IMG/VR virus record: IMGVR_UViG_3300037963_001896 | Coordinates: 1-60,251 of that record | Origin: a virus | Taxonomy: Duplodnaviria > Caudoviricetes | Length of the DNA stretch: 60,251 nucleotides | Direction: 5' to 3' (one strand) | Shown here: piece after piece, positions 16,109-26,353 of the stretch | Position numbering within the stretch: position 1 is the stretch's first letter | How the letters are laid out: each line of letters starts with the position of its first letter | The notes under the pieces: model-generated | What the model was told of the DNA's origin: nothing | Seen by the model: the letters and a program-made list of their open reading frames with translations, nothing else | Databases searched by the model: none | Position numbers and translations under genes: made by a program

Positions 16109-17887
16109 TTATTCCATAAATGTGAATACTCTCAAAGGTTTTGCTTTACCTTTTACAGGCATAGGATCCAACTCTTGTAAGTAATAGCCACACAAAGATT
16201 CTGTCCGTTCACCTATAAGTATGTCTTTACCTGCTTCTTTAGTTGCTGACTCCAAGCGTGCACCACAGTTTACTGCATCTCCAATTGCTGTGTAATCGAA
16301 CCGTGATTCGCTGCCCATGTTTCCTATTACCGCTTCACCTGTGTTTACACCGATTCCGATCGCAATAGGGGGAAGTCCTTCAACTTGCAGTTCATTATTC
16401 AACTCTTTCATGTTTTTAACTATATCGTGCGCACAATCACATGCAGCTTTTGCATGACTAGGTATATCTAACGGAGCGTTAAATATAGCCATCATGGCAT
16501 CTCCAATGTACTTATCTACCATCCCACCGTGCTTTTGTACTGCTTCTTGTTGTGCTGTAAGAGCTTTATTCATTACGTACGTTACTTGTTCAGGTTCTAG
16601 CTTTTCAGACATAGAGGTAAAACCCCTAACGTCTGTAAATAAAAACGTAGCTTCTTTCTTTTCACCGCCTAACTTAAGTATATCTGGGTCATCTTGCAGA
16701 CGTTTTACCTGCCTAGGATCTAAGTAATGTTCAAATTGTTTCTTAATCTGCTGGCGAAGGAGTGATTGTTCTCTAAAGTTAAGCCAGAATTGCTGCCCTA
16801 ATATAAGCAACAGTGATATACCACTATAAGTAGTGTCTATTAATAAAGCTTTTTGACTTACAAGATACCACTCAAGTCCAGCTGTACTTACAAGAAGACC
16901 TGCAGCTCCAAGTGCCATGTACGCGTACGTACATTTACGCCCGAGCAGGAGACCCAATGTACACAAAACTAAAAATATAAGTAGCTCGTATACAAGCCTA
17001 TCTGCAGGTATTTGTGGGCTGTTAGGTAATAATAAACTCTCCGCCAGGGCTGCTTGTACGTGATGAGGGTTTAATAGACCGTCGGGCGTGGCTATTTGAG
17101 GCATAACACCAGCTGCTGTAACACCAATAAACACAAACTTTCCTTCTACCTGGGGGTCTTGTAACGTAGTTTTAGGTGTATCCACCCAAGAAATCCACTT
17201 TCTGCCGTATTTATCTGTAGGTATTACACCTAACGCAGGTATCCGAACCGCTTGTATACCACTTTCGTATGTTTTAATCTGATATGTTCCTTCCCCGGTT
17301 AAAACTTTTAGTACTTGTGTAGCAAATGAAGCAACCCAACCCTTGGGAGTTTGTACAATAAGAGGAACTCGTCTAACTAAGTTATCCACATCTGTTGGGG
17401 CTGATACAATACCTTGATAAGCCGCTTCTTCTAGCTGGTTTACGTTAGCTAAATGCCCTGACAATGTAATCATATCTACAGGGTTATCCCCAAGAACTAC
17501 AGTTCCATCAGTAGATGGATAGATTCGGTTTTCATATTCAGGTATTGCCAGTACGTTTGTGCCCTGCTGCAGACTCATTGCGAACTCGGCATCACCACCA
17601 AAACGATCTGCTTGTGGAAACATAATTACCCAACCCACGCCTAACGCTCCACGGTCGAGCAAGTCTGTTTGTATTTCTGCTAATCGCTGTCTTGGAAAAG
17701 GCCAACCGCCTTCTTTACTAATATCATTTTCAGTGATATCTAGTATTACAAAGTGGCCGCTGGGAGTTTGTTCTTGTACAAGTGCATCAAAGGTTTTAAG
17801 GCGAAGTACCTCTAAAGCTTTATAATCAAATATAAGTGGCAGTGATAATACTGCTACTGTAACTGCCCCTATTAACCACTTACTCAT
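16109..17887 (-). CDS. Membrane-bound CHASE2-domain class III adenylate cyclase
   Basis: N-terminal TM, CHASE2 (GGWPFPR, DVDNLVRRVPL), 3 TM helices, FTDVRGFT, DKYIGDAMM, DYTAIGDAVNCGARLE. Confidence 0.93.
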   Translation of the reverse strand: MSKWLIGAVTVAVLSLPLIFDYKALEVLRLKTFDALVQEQTPSGHFVILDITENDISKEGGWPFPRQRLAEIQTDLLDRGALGVGWVIMFPQADRFGGDAEFAMSLQQGTNVLAIPEYENRIYPSTDGTVVLGDNPVDMITLSGHLANVNQLEEAAYQGIVSAPTDVDNLVRRVPLIVQTPKGWVASFATQVLKVLTGEGTYQIKTYESGIQAVRIPALGVIPTDKYGRKWISWVDTPKTTLQDPQVEGKFVFIGVTAAGVMPQIATPDGLLNPHHVQAALAESLLLPNSPQIPADRLVYELLIFLVLCTLGLLLGRKCTYAYMALGAAGLLVSTAGLEWYLVSQKALLIDTTYSGISLLLILGQQFWLNFREQSLLRQQIKKQFEHYLDPRQVKRLQDDPDILKLGGEKKEATFLFTDVRGFTSMSEKLEPEQVTYVMNKALTAQQEAVQKHGGMVDKYIGDAMMAIFNAPLDIPSHAKAACDCAHDIVKNMKELNNELQVEGLPPIAIGIGVNTGEAVIGNMGSESRFDYTAIGDAVNCGARLESATKEAGKDILIGERTESLCGYYLQELDPMPVKGKAKPLRVFTFME

Positions 17888-18999
17888 CCTGAGTTCTGCT
17901 TAATAGTAATATTTGACCCGCCGCCATTAATAATAATTTGATTAGATTTCCCATCTTGTATAAGTATAACCGTATATCCCTGCGAAATGTTTAAATCCAC
18001 TCGTACTGTCTGACTTACAGATCTTCGCAAACTTAACATTTCTCCCTGGATAATAGTTGTAATTTGCGTTTGGGGGTCTTGTCCTATTTGTGTGCCTCTA
18101 ACTACTGTAGAACTAACATCGCTTTTTAACTCATCATCTTGAAGCACGTCTAGTTCTTCAATTACAGCAAGCAGATCTTCAAGAAAGTTAGTATCTAAAT
18201 AGTTTATATCTAGCTCGGTAAACTCTAAATCAGTTTCATTATCAAGAAAATCTTCGGCAAGAAAGTCTATATCTAAGTCATTAAAGTCCAAATAACTTGC
18301 ATTACTAGAAACAGCGTTCACCGTCTGTGCTTGTACGTCTTCTTCAGGAGGCGTTACAATTAACATGTTATCTATAAGCTCAAGTGTTATATCTAAAATA
18401 ACCGGTTTGCTAGGTGTAGTTTCAAACACACTTACAGTCGTAGCCTGGTAAGGTTTGTTTAACACAACATCGCCCATTGCAGTAGATACAAGTATTTCTC
18501 CTGAAGAAACACCATTAGCATCAGGTAGTAATATTATTAAAGATCTACCTAACTCATCTACGGTGCACGTAAAATCAGTCCCTCGAATTGCAATATTTGC
18601 AGTGGGAGTACGTATACTTATGTTTTCTTTACGGATTGTGTTTATTTTGCCAGATACATAACGGATGGTCCCGCTGGCAAATTGTAAAGCCATCTGTGAT
18701 TTAGATGGATCTGGGTCATAGATGTATTTATCTACAACAAGTTTAGAGTGCTCAGTTAAACGTACAACCGAATCATCTAAAAAACGAAGACCTATACGTC
18801 CATTACTAGTACGTACATCGTCCTGGGACTGTATTCCTAGTTTCAGTTCTGCATCATAAGGTTTATCCCGTATGACTTTGGCAAAACCTGTTAGTTCAGA
18901 TACATTCCCTATATCAACAACTTGTGCTAGTTCCGCCGTCGTTTTGAACGACGCAAACAGTACCGTTGTTGCCAGAAGAAATAATCTTAAGGTAGTCAT
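17884..18999 (-). CDS. Exported FecR-domain protein
   Basis: Signal peptide; D.VRT...F.DDS.VRL.E.S.L; IRTPTANIAIRGTDF. Confidence 0.85.
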   Translation of the reverse strand: MTTLRLFLLATTVLFASFKTTAELAQVVDIGNVSELTGFAKVIRDKPYDAELKLGIQSQDDVRTSNGRIGLRFLDDSVVRLTEHSKLVVDKYIYDPDPSKSQMALQFASGTIRYVSGKINTIRKENISIRTPTANIAIRGTDFTCTVDELGRSLIILLPDANGVSSGEILVSTAMGDVVLNKPYQATTVSVFETTPSKPVILDITLELIDNMLIVTPPEEDVQAQTVNAVSSNASYLDFNDLDIDFLAEDFLDNETDLEFTELDINYLDTNFLEDLLAVIEELDVLQDDELKSDVSSTVVRGTQIGQDPQTQITTIIQGEMLSLRRSVSQTVRVDLNISQGYTVILIQDGKSNQIIINGGGSNITIKQNSG

Positions 19000-19639
19000 T
19001 ATCCAATGTGCTTTGCTGCTCTATGTTAAACGTCCTGCTATTACCTGTTTGATCTAAGTAAAAATAACCACCCGCATAACCATCTGCATCAAAAGTAAGA
19101 GTGTTGCTGTCACCATCAACATCAACATAATTTGTTGCTCCGTCATAATCAATGTCTATAGTAAATGTGTTGCTGTCACCTTGAATGATCCAATCTAGAT
19201 CTAAACCGCTAGCTAACGCATTAGTGCCCTGGTCAAAAGTAAATGTGTTACTTGACCCTGTTACATCAACATTCCAATTGGAATTATCAATACCGTAGGT
19301 ATTTGTAGGATCACCTTGAAAAGTAAAGGTGTTACTGTCGCCATCGAATTCAAAAAACCCTGTAAGTGAGTCTCCCCAAATATCACCCAAGAATTTATTG
19401 CTGTCTCCAATTTGATTTATATCTAGAGTTAAACTAGTGCCGTCTAAATCTAAAGGAGTAAGTGTGCCTGCAATCGAATTCAGTCCTCCTATAATATTCC
19501 CTGATCCTAATTGCTCTAAGTCTATATTAGCTGTCGCTCCTGACTGATCTATATAAATCTCGTTATCCGCTGCAAACGTAACCAAAGGAAATAACAGAAA
19601 GATACTAAGAAGAAGGCTCTTGCTCTTGTTCTTTTTCAT
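18914..19639 (-). CDS. Secreted curlin-like beta-repeat protein
   Basis: Signal peptide; repeated Q/V-x-G-D/S-x-N units about 23 aa apart; C-terminal Cys pair. Confidence 0.75.
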   Translation of the reverse strand: MKKNKSKSLLLSIFLLFPLVTFAADNEIYIDQSGATANIDLEQLGSGNIIGGLNSIAGTLTPLDLDGTSLTLDINQIGDSNKFLGDIWGDSLTGFFEFDGDSNTFTFQGDPTNTYGIDNSNWNVDVTGSSNTFTFDQGTNALASGLDLDWIIQGDSNTFTIDIDYDGATNYVDVDGDSNTLTFDADGYAGGYFYLDQTGNSRTFNIEQQSTLDNDYLKIISSGNNGTVCVVQNDGGTSTSC

Positions 19640-20450
19640 CTTCTAATCTCCAAAAACCAGCGTTTTCACCCTCCTTGATTACTTCTAATACCGCTGTTTC
19701 GATAGCTGCACGTAATGCTAAATTTATAGATTCATTGCGTACTCTACCACTCTCAATTTCAACCAACTCAGTTCCTGTTGATATGAACCTAAAGACATCT
19801 TGACTTACCGAAGCACTTAAAATAGTCTTTGTAACCAAGACATCCAGTAATACTTTACCTGTAGCCACGGAAACAACGCGGAGGGAAACGGACACGGTGT
19901 CACGCCGATATTCTTTTGAGCCGCCAATCCCTAAATGACGTGCTCCTGCGCCTCCAGATTCAATATTACTCTCATATCCTACCACACCACCTTCTATTAT
20001 CAAACCAGCGAACAAAAGTGCGGGTAGTTTGTTCTTCTCATCAAACTCTTGGCGTGTGCTACGAATAAGCTGACGTTCTTTAGTAACGTGGTCTAAACCA
20101 ACCCGTTCGACAACTTCAAAAAATCCATTTTCGTTTGTTCCAGCGTGTTTAAGAGCGCGAATTAAATACACATACGGAGCTTGAGTAACTGCAGTAGAAA
20201 ATGTAGCAAACGAGCTGTTGCTTCTACGCTGACCTGTATCGTCCTTAAAACCATCTGCATACACAGCGACTACTGGTTTCTTTGTAGTTGCACTGCGCAC
20301 ATTCGCTAACTCAGTAAGAACAATTTGTTCGACTTGGGCTTCTTCTATGCGTTCAATTGGCCCTATGTTGTTTTCAATAGGGTCAAATAGTAACGCACAG
20401 CTAGAAAGTAAAGGAACCAATAGGAAGGGTAATTTCTGTAGTATTCCCAT
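19605..20450 (-). CDS. csgG: Curli secretion pore CsgG-like lipoprotein
   Basis: Lipobox LLSSC; VAVY..F.D.TGQR, FSTAVTQ, VVERVGL...KERQLIR, IIEGGVVGYESN. Confidence 0.9.
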   Translation of the reverse strand: MGILQKLPFLLVPLLSSCALLFDPIENNIGPIERIEEAQVEQIVLTELANVRSATTKKPVVAVYADGFKDDTGQRRSNSSFATFSTAVTQAPYVYLIRALKHAGTNENGFFEVVERVGLDHVTKERQLIRSTRQEFDEKNKLPALLFAGLIIEGGVVGYESNIESGGAGARHLGIGGSKEYRRDTVSVSLRVVSVATGKVLLDVLVTKTILSASVSQDVFRFISTGTELVEIESGRVRNESINLALRAAIETAVLEVIKEGENAGFWRLEDEKEQEQEPSS

Positions 20451-20940
20451 CAGCGTCTGTAATTTTAAGTGTGATATAGTCTCCATCTACTGAGTACTCA
20501 ATTGTGTTACCCATCAATTCTAACACACCGCTTTCGCTTGGCGTTTCTCCAAACAATTGTTCTACTAACTGCCTAGATAATTGAGCGTAGATTCTAGACT
20601 CTAAATTTCTAATAAATCTTGCAAGAGTAGTGTTTTCTTTCTCTCTTTCAAGTTCTTCTCGATAAGCTTTAATTTCTTCTTTAATCGCTTTTTTACGATT
20701 AAATTCTTGGTTTTCTATTGTGAGGTAGTGACTAGAAGTGCCTATGCCACTAAAAGAAGGGTTCTTAAACTTGTGCACCATTTCATCAGCGTTGAGCTGC
20801 GATGCAAAAATACCACCTAATAAAAAGATTCCAATAGCACAGATGATGTATAGAAGTCTTTGCTTATCCGCTTCTCTTTTCCTAAAAGCTAGTTCAGCGT
20901 TGCTGGGCCTTCCTCGCTTTTTAGTCTTTACGTTGGTCAT
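20401..20940 (-). CDS. csgF: Curli assembly protein CsgF-like
   Basis: After a hydrophobic signal, DEMVHKFKNPSFSG matches CsgF GTMTFQFRNPNFGG; LESRIYAQLSRQL. Confidence 0.85.
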   Translation of the reverse strand: MTNVKTKKRGRPSNAELAFRKREADKQRLLYIICAIGIFLLGGIFASQLNADEMVHKFKNPSFSGIGTSSHYLTIENQEFNRKKAIKEEIKAYREELEREKENTTLARFIRNLESRIYAQLSRQLVEQLFGETPSESGVLELMGNTIEYSVDGDYITLKITDADGNTTEITLPIGSFTF

Positions 20941-21271
20941 CTCTATCTGCTTTTGCTATTTTATCTGTATCTATTAAGTTAGGTACTCCTAAAATTGTTT
21001 TAATCATCGTGTCCTGACGTATGATTTCGTTGTCAAGACTACGAACTCTATCTATCAAGGCTACCAGTATACCGTGCTGTGAGTCAAGTTTTGTGCCAAG
21101 ACGTTGTTCCATCTGCTCTATCTGTTGAGCTACTTTATCGTCTACAACGTCTAGTTTTGACTCCATTCCATCTACAATCCGTATCACTAACTTGTAGATA
21201 AACCAGCCTAGACCACCGGCCGCAGCTATAGGGAAGCCAACTTCGTTAATAAACTTAATGGCTTCTTCCAT
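20921..21271 (-). CDS. Membrane-anchored coiled-coil protein heading the curli cassette
   Basis: VGFPIAAAGGLGWFIY TM followed by a coiled coil. Confidence 0.75.
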   Translation of the reverse strand: MEEAIKFINEVGFPIAAAGGLGWFIYKLVIRIVDGMESKLDVVDDKVAQQIEQMEQRLGTKLDSQHGILVALIDRVRSLDNEIIRQDTMIKTILGVPNLIDTDKIAKADRDDQRKD

Positions 21272-21275
21272 AGAA

Positions 21276-21440
21276 TCACATATTTATAGGTTTAGCTCTT
21301 TTCTTCGCTTGCCTAAGATTGTCGCCCATTAATATACGACGTTTTACAAACGCACGCTTGTCCTGGGGAAGTTTGTTAATAGAACGCTGTTGTCGTTTAG
21401 ACACTTTGCTCTTTTTTAGTTTCATTCCTGGTCTTTTCAT
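21276..21440 (-). CDS. Small basic protein (54 aa; not in ORF track)
   Basis: MKRPGMKLKKSKVSKRQQRSINKLPQDKRAFVKRR...; TGGTAGAAT extended -10 upstream. Confidence 0.6.
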   Translation of the reverse strand: MKRPGMKLKKSKVSKRQQRSINKLPQDKRAFVKRRILMGDNLRQAKKRAKPINM

Positions 21441-21461
21441 ATTTTTATTCTACCATATTAA

Positions 21462-21722
21462 TTAAGAAGGTCTTAAAGGCCATGACCATTCGCCACATGT
21501 TCCATCTAGCGGATTAGTTTTTTCTTCGCTTACAAAATCTGAATGTGCCTGTAAAGTAGCTGGTAAATCTCTTAAAGTTGCCCTATAAGTAGCCCACTCA
21601 GCTTTTTTAGAATTTGATAAAGGGCTATCTGCAGCTTGAGTCCAATCTGATTTTTGCAACAAAGCGTTTCTCTTCTCTCGTATAGAAGCCCATATTTGCG
21701 TAAAATCAGTCATCCCTACCAT
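21462..21722 (-). CDS. Tail fibre assembly chaperone-like protein
   Basis: IREKRNALLQKSDWTQAADSPL...WATYRATLRDLP...WP. Confidence 0.85.
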   Translation of the reverse strand: MVGMTDFTQIWASIREKRNALLQKSDWTQAADSPLSNSKKAEWATYRATLRDLPATLQAHSDFVSEEKTNPLDGTCGEWSWPLRPS

Positions 21723-21723
21723 T

Positions 21724-24183
21724 TTATTTATTTAACCCGTACACGTTTACTGTAACATCATAAAACTTATTACTACCACCTGTGTCATCAATAGCGCCAA
21801 ACACCCATACATAATATTGAGTGCTTGGAGCAAGATCTGCTTGAACAGCCAACTGATGCGCTCCTAATACAATTGCAGAACCTCCAGCAGATTTTGCTGT
21901 ATAAGCTACGTAATCTCCTAGTGTAGTAGAAGTGTAATTAGTAGATGAACTAGTAGCTCGCACAACCATAGCTAGTTCAAGCTCTTCATGGCCCGCTGTA
22001 GAACTACCACTAACATTACCCATACATTGTATGATATGTCTTCTATTACCACTGTAACCATAAGTAGTAAAAGTATAAGAAAGTAAAGGACTGCCCCCTA
22101 ATATAGTGCTACCTGCATATATTGCCGGTATAGACCCTGTTTCACCACTGTCGTTGCCCGTAGTTTGTGTAACACTAGCTATATGAGGAGGGTAATTATT
22201 ATCAATATTTCCAGAACCAAAAGCAGGTCTATATAATTCACTATAAACATATAAACTTAATGAAGCATAAGCTTGACCACCAATAGTTCCTATTGAATTT
22301 GCAAGAGATTTACCTGCAATATCTATACTATTAGCAGCAACACGATCAGCATTTAACGTACCTGTACTTATTGAGCTTGCGTTTATTGCTACTGCGTTTA
22401 CAAGAGTAGCACTAAGAGATCCGATTTGTGCTGCAGCGATAGAAGCATTTTTTATAAACGCTGTATCTATGTACACGCCCGCCGGGTTACCAGCTCCGTC
22501 TGTACTTGTAAGTACAGTAAACGGAACTATGTTATTGCCATGCGGGTTACGTATAGTTACCTGGCCTGCTTCAAATATTATGTTTGATGTAGAAGTATTG
22601 TTATTCAACGTGCCAGAACTATCTGCCATTAAGTACATACCAGCTACTGCGCCGTTAGCATTCACTGCTACACCATAGCCAGCTTGTGCAGACGTACCGT
22701 TAGTTAACGCGTTTTGTACTGCTGTTACCGAAGCAGTAGAAGCTTTTGTACCTAAAGCTGTGTTGGTGTTAGTTTCTAGCGTAGTTATCGCTGTAGCGTT
22801 TGCCGTGTCTGCAGTAGCACGAGTATTAGCTTCCGTAGTTATAGCAGCTTCGCTAGTTACATCACGTACTTCAACCCAGTTAGACCCGTCCCATCTATAT
22901 TGCTTATTAGCAGGACTGCTATTGGTATCAAACCAAATGTCTCCCGTATTGTTTGCGGTTGGTTGACTAGCTTGAGTAAACACCGTGGTTTTACCATCGT
23001 TAGCTGTATCTCTTACAACAACCCAACTAGACCCATTCCATCTGTACAGCTTGTTGTTGTCATTAGAATCTATCCAAAGGTCGCCAGTAGCTACAGCTGT
23101 AGGAGCATTGTTTTGTACAAAAGTCTGATTTTTATTGTCTACTGTACTAGTTAGATTAGTAATTGAAGTCGCATTAGCAGAGTCACCGTTCGCTCTAGCA
23201 GTAGCTTCAGAAGTTATAGCAGCAGCAATAGTACTAGAGTTACTATAACCAGTAGTAATTGCTTCTAGTTCAGTTATCTCACTAACACGAGCCGTATTCT
23301 CACTAGTTAAAGTTACTATATCACCTTGCGCTGAAGCTAAAGCAGCGGTAAGACTTGAACCTGTGTAAGACGCACTACCTACAATATTAACTAACGTAGC
23401 GTCTCGAGCTGCAACCCAACCATTATTAGCTGCGTTCCGGGTATACACTTGACCGTCGTCCGTGTCATACCAAATGTCGTTCGTGGTCAATGCATCTCCG
23501 CCATCACGTTGTGTAGGCGCAGAAGATGATTTAATAACCGTAGCTGCAGTACCAGCTGAACTGCTAATTAAAGAAGTTAGTGTGCTATACCCAGGTAAGT
23601 CAGCTAGCGTTTCACTTAAATTAGTCATAACTGCGGCTATATCAATAGATGTAGTGCCGTTACCAGAAGAACTATAAGCTCCAAAAACTTCTGCGTTACT
23701 TACATGACGCACCCAATAATAGTAAGTTTTGTTATACCCAACTTCTTCTGACCACACAAAAGCAGACGTAGTATCTACTTTTATTGCATCCCCTAATGAG
23801 CTGGTAGTACTTCGCCATACTTCAGTATTACCGAAGTTACTCATTTGTGGGTTATCCCAGGCTAATATAAAAGAAGTGTACGAAGCAGTAACACTAAAGC
23901 CTGTAGGTGTAGGAGGTATTGTAAAATCTGTATAGGGAGTAGTACCACCGAAGTCTGTTACACCCGTGCCCGCATTTGGATCAAAAGGATTGTCCAAAAG
24001 CTCTTGGGCCATACCACTATCAATCAACTCTCTAAGAGTAATAGCTCTATCTCGAGGGTCACCTCTACGACCAAGGCGTACCTCAAGTGCTTCTTTTACA
24101 GAGTTAGCAAACTGTTTTAGTTCTGGATCAGCTTTAGAAGGAACCTTATAGATAGAAGGGACTTTAGTACCTTTAGTAGCCAT
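21724..24183 (-). CDS. Tail fibre / host specificity protein
   Basis: FN3-like segment, three PT...GDIW.D...YRW.G..WV repeats, A/T-rich coiled segments, VYIDTAFIKNASI. Confidence 0.8.
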   Translation of the reverse strand: MATKGTKVPSIYKVPSKADPELKQFANSVKEALEVRLGRRGDPRDRAITLRELIDSGMAQELLDNPFDPNAGTGVTDFGGTTPYTDFTIPPTPTGFSVTASYTSFILAWDNPQMSNFGNTEVWRSTTSSLGDAIKVDTTSAFVWSEEVGYNKTYYYWVRHVSNAEVFGAYSSSGNGTTSIDIAAVMTNLSETLADLPGYSTLTSLISSSAGTAATVIKSSSAPTQRDGGDALTTNDIWYDTDDGQVYTRNAANNGWVAARDATLVNIVGSASYTGSSLTAALASAQGDIVTLTSENTARVSEITELEAITTGYSNSSTIAAAITSEATARANGDSANATSITNLTSTVDNKNQTFVQNNAPTAVATGDLWIDSNDNNKLYRWNGSSWVVVRDTANDGKTTVFTQASQPTANNTGDIWFDTNSSPANKQYRWDGSNWVEVRDVTSEAAITTEANTRATADTANATAITTLETNTNTALGTKASTASVTAVQNALTNGTSAQAGYGVAVNANGAVAGMYLMADSSGTLNNNTSTSNIIFEAGQVTIRNPHGNNIVPFTVLTSTDGAGNPAGVYIDTAFIKNASIAAAQIGSLSATLVNAVAINASSISTGTLNADRVAANSIDIAGKSLANSIGTIGGQAYASLSLYVYSELYRPAFGSGNIDNNYPPHIASVTQTTGNDSGETGSIPAIYAGSTILGGSPLLSYTFTTYGYSGNRRHIIQCMGNVSGSSTAGHEELELAMVVRATSSSTNYTSTTLGDYVAYTAKSAGGSAIVLGAHQLAVQADLAPSTQYYVWVFGAIDDTGGSNKFYDVTVNVYGLNK

Positions 24184-25941
24184 TTAAATCCCCCTTAGTT
24201 CATCTATAGATTCACCAATGCAGATTTCGTTAACAACTTTAGCTGACTCTACTTGAATCTCAAAAGTACTATGAAGTTTACTGGGAAGCCTTACTATAGG
24301 TTCAGGGATAGCAGTAGCACTAAAAGATGTAGGAGAACTACCAGTTACCGAGTAAGCGCTGCCAGAAGTGCTTATAGTAGCGTTGTAATACAAACTACCA
24401 TCTCCGTACACTTTTACTGTAACAGGATATTCTTCTGCTTGTACTTTAACAAAACCCATACTGGTAGGTTTAGGAGTAACAAACTCTTTTGTTTTCCAAG
24501 TAAACGTCTTATTAGTAGTAGCGCCTTGGAACTTTTGTATTCTTGGACCCGAACCAGTTTCTACTATTAAATAGAGTTCGTTATCTACTGGATTAGTAAA
24601 ACCACCAGAAGCATCTGTAGTACCAGTTTGAGTTAAAGTAGTAAGCGTATTCATTTGATCTCCTCGAGGATCAAATATAAACCCGCCATAATTAGAGCCA
24701 CTAGTATATAGCCCTACATAACGCCCCTCCCAAAGGAACCCACGTAATGAACTTGGGTAGTAGTCTGCTCTCCATTGTTCAGGAGAAATGATACCTTCGG
24801 TAACAACATTAACATCAGTACCTGCAGCTGCAACAAGCCCGTCGCCCCCTGCATATAAAACAAAAGGACCCATATCAACCATTGATGTTTTACTTTGACA
24901 CGCCTGGGCAGCTTCAATACGTACAACACTCATAGACTGCGGATCGGTACCAGCTATAAGGTAAGGTGTGCCTTTAGTTCCAACAATAAGACCTTGCCCC
25001 GCCATTTTTATGCCCACAATCTCTTCTTCAAGAGTTATTCTGTAAGCTACAGGCCATGCGTGTGGTAAAAACGGCTCAGAAAAACAAATTCTTTTACCTG
25101 TAAAGCCTGCAAATATACCGTTAGGCATTGCAGTCAAACCTTTCATTGGTCCATCAGGATAGTCAGCACTTACTTCGTTTGGAGGCCCTATCCAATAAGT
25201 GCTTGGTATAACTTCAGCAAGTTGCGAGTTATTTAAATTATCAGTTGTACTACCTGCAGACAGATTGACTTCTTTAACAAACTGAAATGCGGTGGTGTTT
25301 GAACCTGTGTTAGATCTATAGATACGTTTCTTTACAATATTGGTATTAGTACGACCGGCACCAGAACCTGCACTCGTATCCATATTATTTATAGTAACTG
25401 TCTGTCCATCTACTTTATCAAACACTGTAGATGCTGGAGAAGGGGGTCCTTCTTCTCCGTACGCAGACACAAAAGTGTACACGTACGATGTGCTGTACTT
25501 TGTTTGTGTACCGTCATCTGTTCCAGACACACTAGTACCAACAGTGCCAGTTGGAGCAGGAATACCTAAACGATAAGAAGTATTAGGGTAAGGAGCACCG
25601 CCTGTTGTAATAAGGCTATTATTAGACATACGAGCAAAAGATGCAGACTCGCCCGTCCAATATAAACGGTCAGTATTATCGCCAGCTATAGGACCAGGAA
25701 CTACATCAACTCCTTCGTCTGCCCATTCAAGCCAGTATTCATTACCGCCAGTTCTGTATTTATAGATTGAGTTTTGACCCGCTGTGTCCAACGTATAGTC
25801 GTTTGTATTGTCACGAATGGGTGTTAAACGACCGCTATCAAGGATAACGTCTTCAGCAGTTTGTGCCAAAGTGTCAGCTAGTAACCTGGGCGATAGTTGT
25901 GGAGCTATACCTCCAAATGTTACAAGCTTAAAATACGCCAC
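24184..25941 (-). CDS. Tail tubular/nozzle protein
   Basis: F.GIAP.LSPRLL N-terminus, YVYTFVSAYGEEGPPS, FSEPFLPHAWP. Confidence 0.75.
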   Translation of the reverse strand: MAYFKLVTFGGIAPQLSPRLLADTLAQTAEDVILDSGRLTPIRDNTNDYTLDTAGQNSIYKYRTGGNEYWLEWADEGVDVVPGPIAGDNTDRLYWTGESASFARMSNNSLITTGGAPYPNTSYRLGIPAPTGTVGTSVSGTDDGTQTKYSTSYVYTFVSAYGEEGPPSPASTVFDKVDGQTVTINNMDTSAGSGAGRTNTNIVKKRIYRSNTGSNTTAFQFVKEVNLSAGSTTDNLNNSQLAEVIPSTYWIGPPNEVSADYPDGPMKGLTAMPNGIFAGFTGKRICFSEPFLPHAWPVAYRITLEEEIVGIKMAGQGLIVGTKGTPYLIAGTDPQSMSVVRIEAAQACQSKTSMVDMGPFVLYAGGDGLVAAAGTDVNVVTEGIISPEQWRADYYPSSLRGFLWEGRYVGLYTSGSNYGGFIFDPRGDQMNTLTTLTQTGTTDASGGFTNPVDNELYLIVETGSGPRIQKFQGATTNKTFTWKTKEFVTPKPTSMGFVKVQAEEYPVTVKVYGDGSLYYNATISTSGSAYSVTGSSPTSFSATAIPEPIVRLPSKLHSTFEIQVESAKVVNEICIGESIDELRGI

Positions 25942-25942
25942 A

Positions 25943-26353
25943 TCACCCCTCCAAAACTAAATCTTTTAGTCGGGTGCTCCTCGGTCCTACTTGTACAGCC
26001 CACTTTGAATCTAACATCTCAACGCCAGCTGTCTCCCAGTCTCCTGCCTCCATGGCAGCTAAAAAGTTTTTGAACCCCATAAGCCTAGATAGACCTAAGT
26101 TGAAGCACATATTTACCATAACACGCTGTCTAGTGTCAGATAAATCTACAAACCAAGGGAAAGCGTTAGTAAGTTCTTCTATACAAATGTCAATGTCATT
26201 ACTTAATAAATAATCAGACTCGTCATCTGTAATGCCGCGATCGTCCAAATTTCTGCCCACGCCAATTGTATTTTTGCCTGCGCTGCATTGGTACAGAGTA
26301 AGAACTACCCCTTCGTCACGTTTTAACTCTTCGATTAACTGCTCTCTATTCAT
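25943..26353 (-). CDS. Endolysin, T4-type lysozyme (GH24)
   Basis: DEG....Y.CSAGKNTIGVGRN, NMCFNLG, DSKWAVQV..R. Confidence 0.9.
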   Translation of the reverse strand: MNREQLIEELKRDEGVVLTLYQCSAGKNTIGVGRNLDDRGITDDESDYLLSNDIDICIEELTNAFPWFVDLSDTRQRVMVNMCFNLGLSRLMGFKNFLAAMEAGDWETAGVEMLDSKWAVQVGPRSTRLKDLVLEG

